Assembly: GCA_963848295.1 (NCBI GenBank)
Contig: CAWKDB010000010.1
Span: 3,552,001-3,616,000, forward strand
DNA from: an uncultured delta proteobacterium
Lineage (GTDB): Bacteria; Myxococcota_A; Polyangia; Haliangiales; Haliangiaceae
Direction: 5' to 3'
Length of the DNA stretch: 64,000 bases
The translations under genes were made by a program, and so were the position numbers. Position 1 is the first letter of the stretch; the number at the start of each line of letters is the position of its first letter. The notes under the pieces were generated by a model. That model was given only the letters and a program-made list of their open reading frames with translations, did not search any database and was not told the origin of the DNA. Positions 63,440 through 64,000 of this stretch are shown here, one piece after another.

Positions 63440-64000
63440 ATGCGGCGATCGTGTGTTGCGCTCTTGCTGTTTGCGGCCGGTTGTCCCGGGGCGCACACCG
63501 ATCGGCCTTACCCCGCGCCGACCGCCGCCGAGCTCGTCGCTCGGATCACGAAGGCGCGCGATCAGCTGACGTCGTTTCGAGCCGACAGCACGATGGACTA
63601 CTGGGTCGGCAGTCAGCGCGCGAAAGGCGAAGTGCTCGTGATGGGCAAGGTCGGGGCGAAGATTCGGTTCGCGGCGCTGTCGCCCGCCGGAGGCAGCACG
63701 GTCGTCGAGATGGCGTGCGACGGCGGCAACTTCGTGCTCGTCGACTATCAGAACAACTGCGCGCTGACCGGGCCGTGCGACTCGCACTCGATCGCGCGGT
63801 TCTTCCACATCGATCTCGCGCCCGACGATTTCCTGCACCTCGCGCTCGGCACGCCGCCGACCCCGGCGGAGCCGACCGGCACGGTGACGTGGGATGCGGC
63901 GCACGGCTACGAGAAGCTCGTGCTCACCGGCGGCGAGACCACCGAGAAGCTCACGATCGACGCGCGCGACCACCGGCTCGACGTGATCGACACCGAGCTC
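63440..64000 (+). CDS. Lipoprotein, LolA/DUF4292-like; runs off the window edge
   Basis: Own translation MRRSCVALLLFAAGC...TSFRADSTMDYW...IRFAALSPAGG..MACDGGNFVLVDYQNNCALTGPC. Confidence 0.7.
   Translation, partial: MRRSCVALLLFAAGCPGAHTDRPYPAPTAAELVARITKARDQLTSFRADSTMDYWVGSQRAKGEVLVMGKVGAKIRFAALSPAGGSTVVEMACDGGNFVLVDYQNNCALTGPCDSHSIARFFHIDLAPDDFLHLALGTPPTPAEPTGTVTWDAAHGYEKLVLTGGETTEKLTIDARDHRLDVIDTEL

Overview
High-GC, gene-dense bacterial chromosomal window with about 56 protein-coding genes. Gene content (several eukaryotic-type Ser/Thr kinases, a myxobacterial-type ECF sigma factor, Cys-rich lipoproteins, GS-linker proteins, a PilT paralog) suggests Myxococcota, possibly Haliangiales/Kofleriaceae (inference). 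Core genes: pcnB, serC, recD2, pfkA, selD, glmU, trpS. Also two tripartite efflux systems (TCS-linked MacAB-TolC type and MarR-linked TolC-RND type), two PAS hybrid kinases and a REC-GGDEF-EAL protein. No rRNA, tRNA, CRISPR or transposase was recognised. Seven genes carry mostly +1 indels that look like long-read assembly errors. Best leads: (i) a candidate envelope-to-sigma signalling locus (OM barrel + type-1 Cu cupredoxin; ECF sigma divergent from a ZAS-kinase-TM-sensor-TM protein; His-rich transporter with a duplicated 26-bp upstream element; a multibranch structured intergenic element); (ii) a catalytically degenerate PrsW coupled to an intact membrane S1 protease; (iii) a small internally duplicated basic protein with an H1-like tail behind a repeat-rich promoter containing a perfect DnaA box; (iv) an apparently widespread leaderless-gene architecture, including overlapping bidirectional -10 boxes. 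Start codons were often re-assigned by eye and are approximate.
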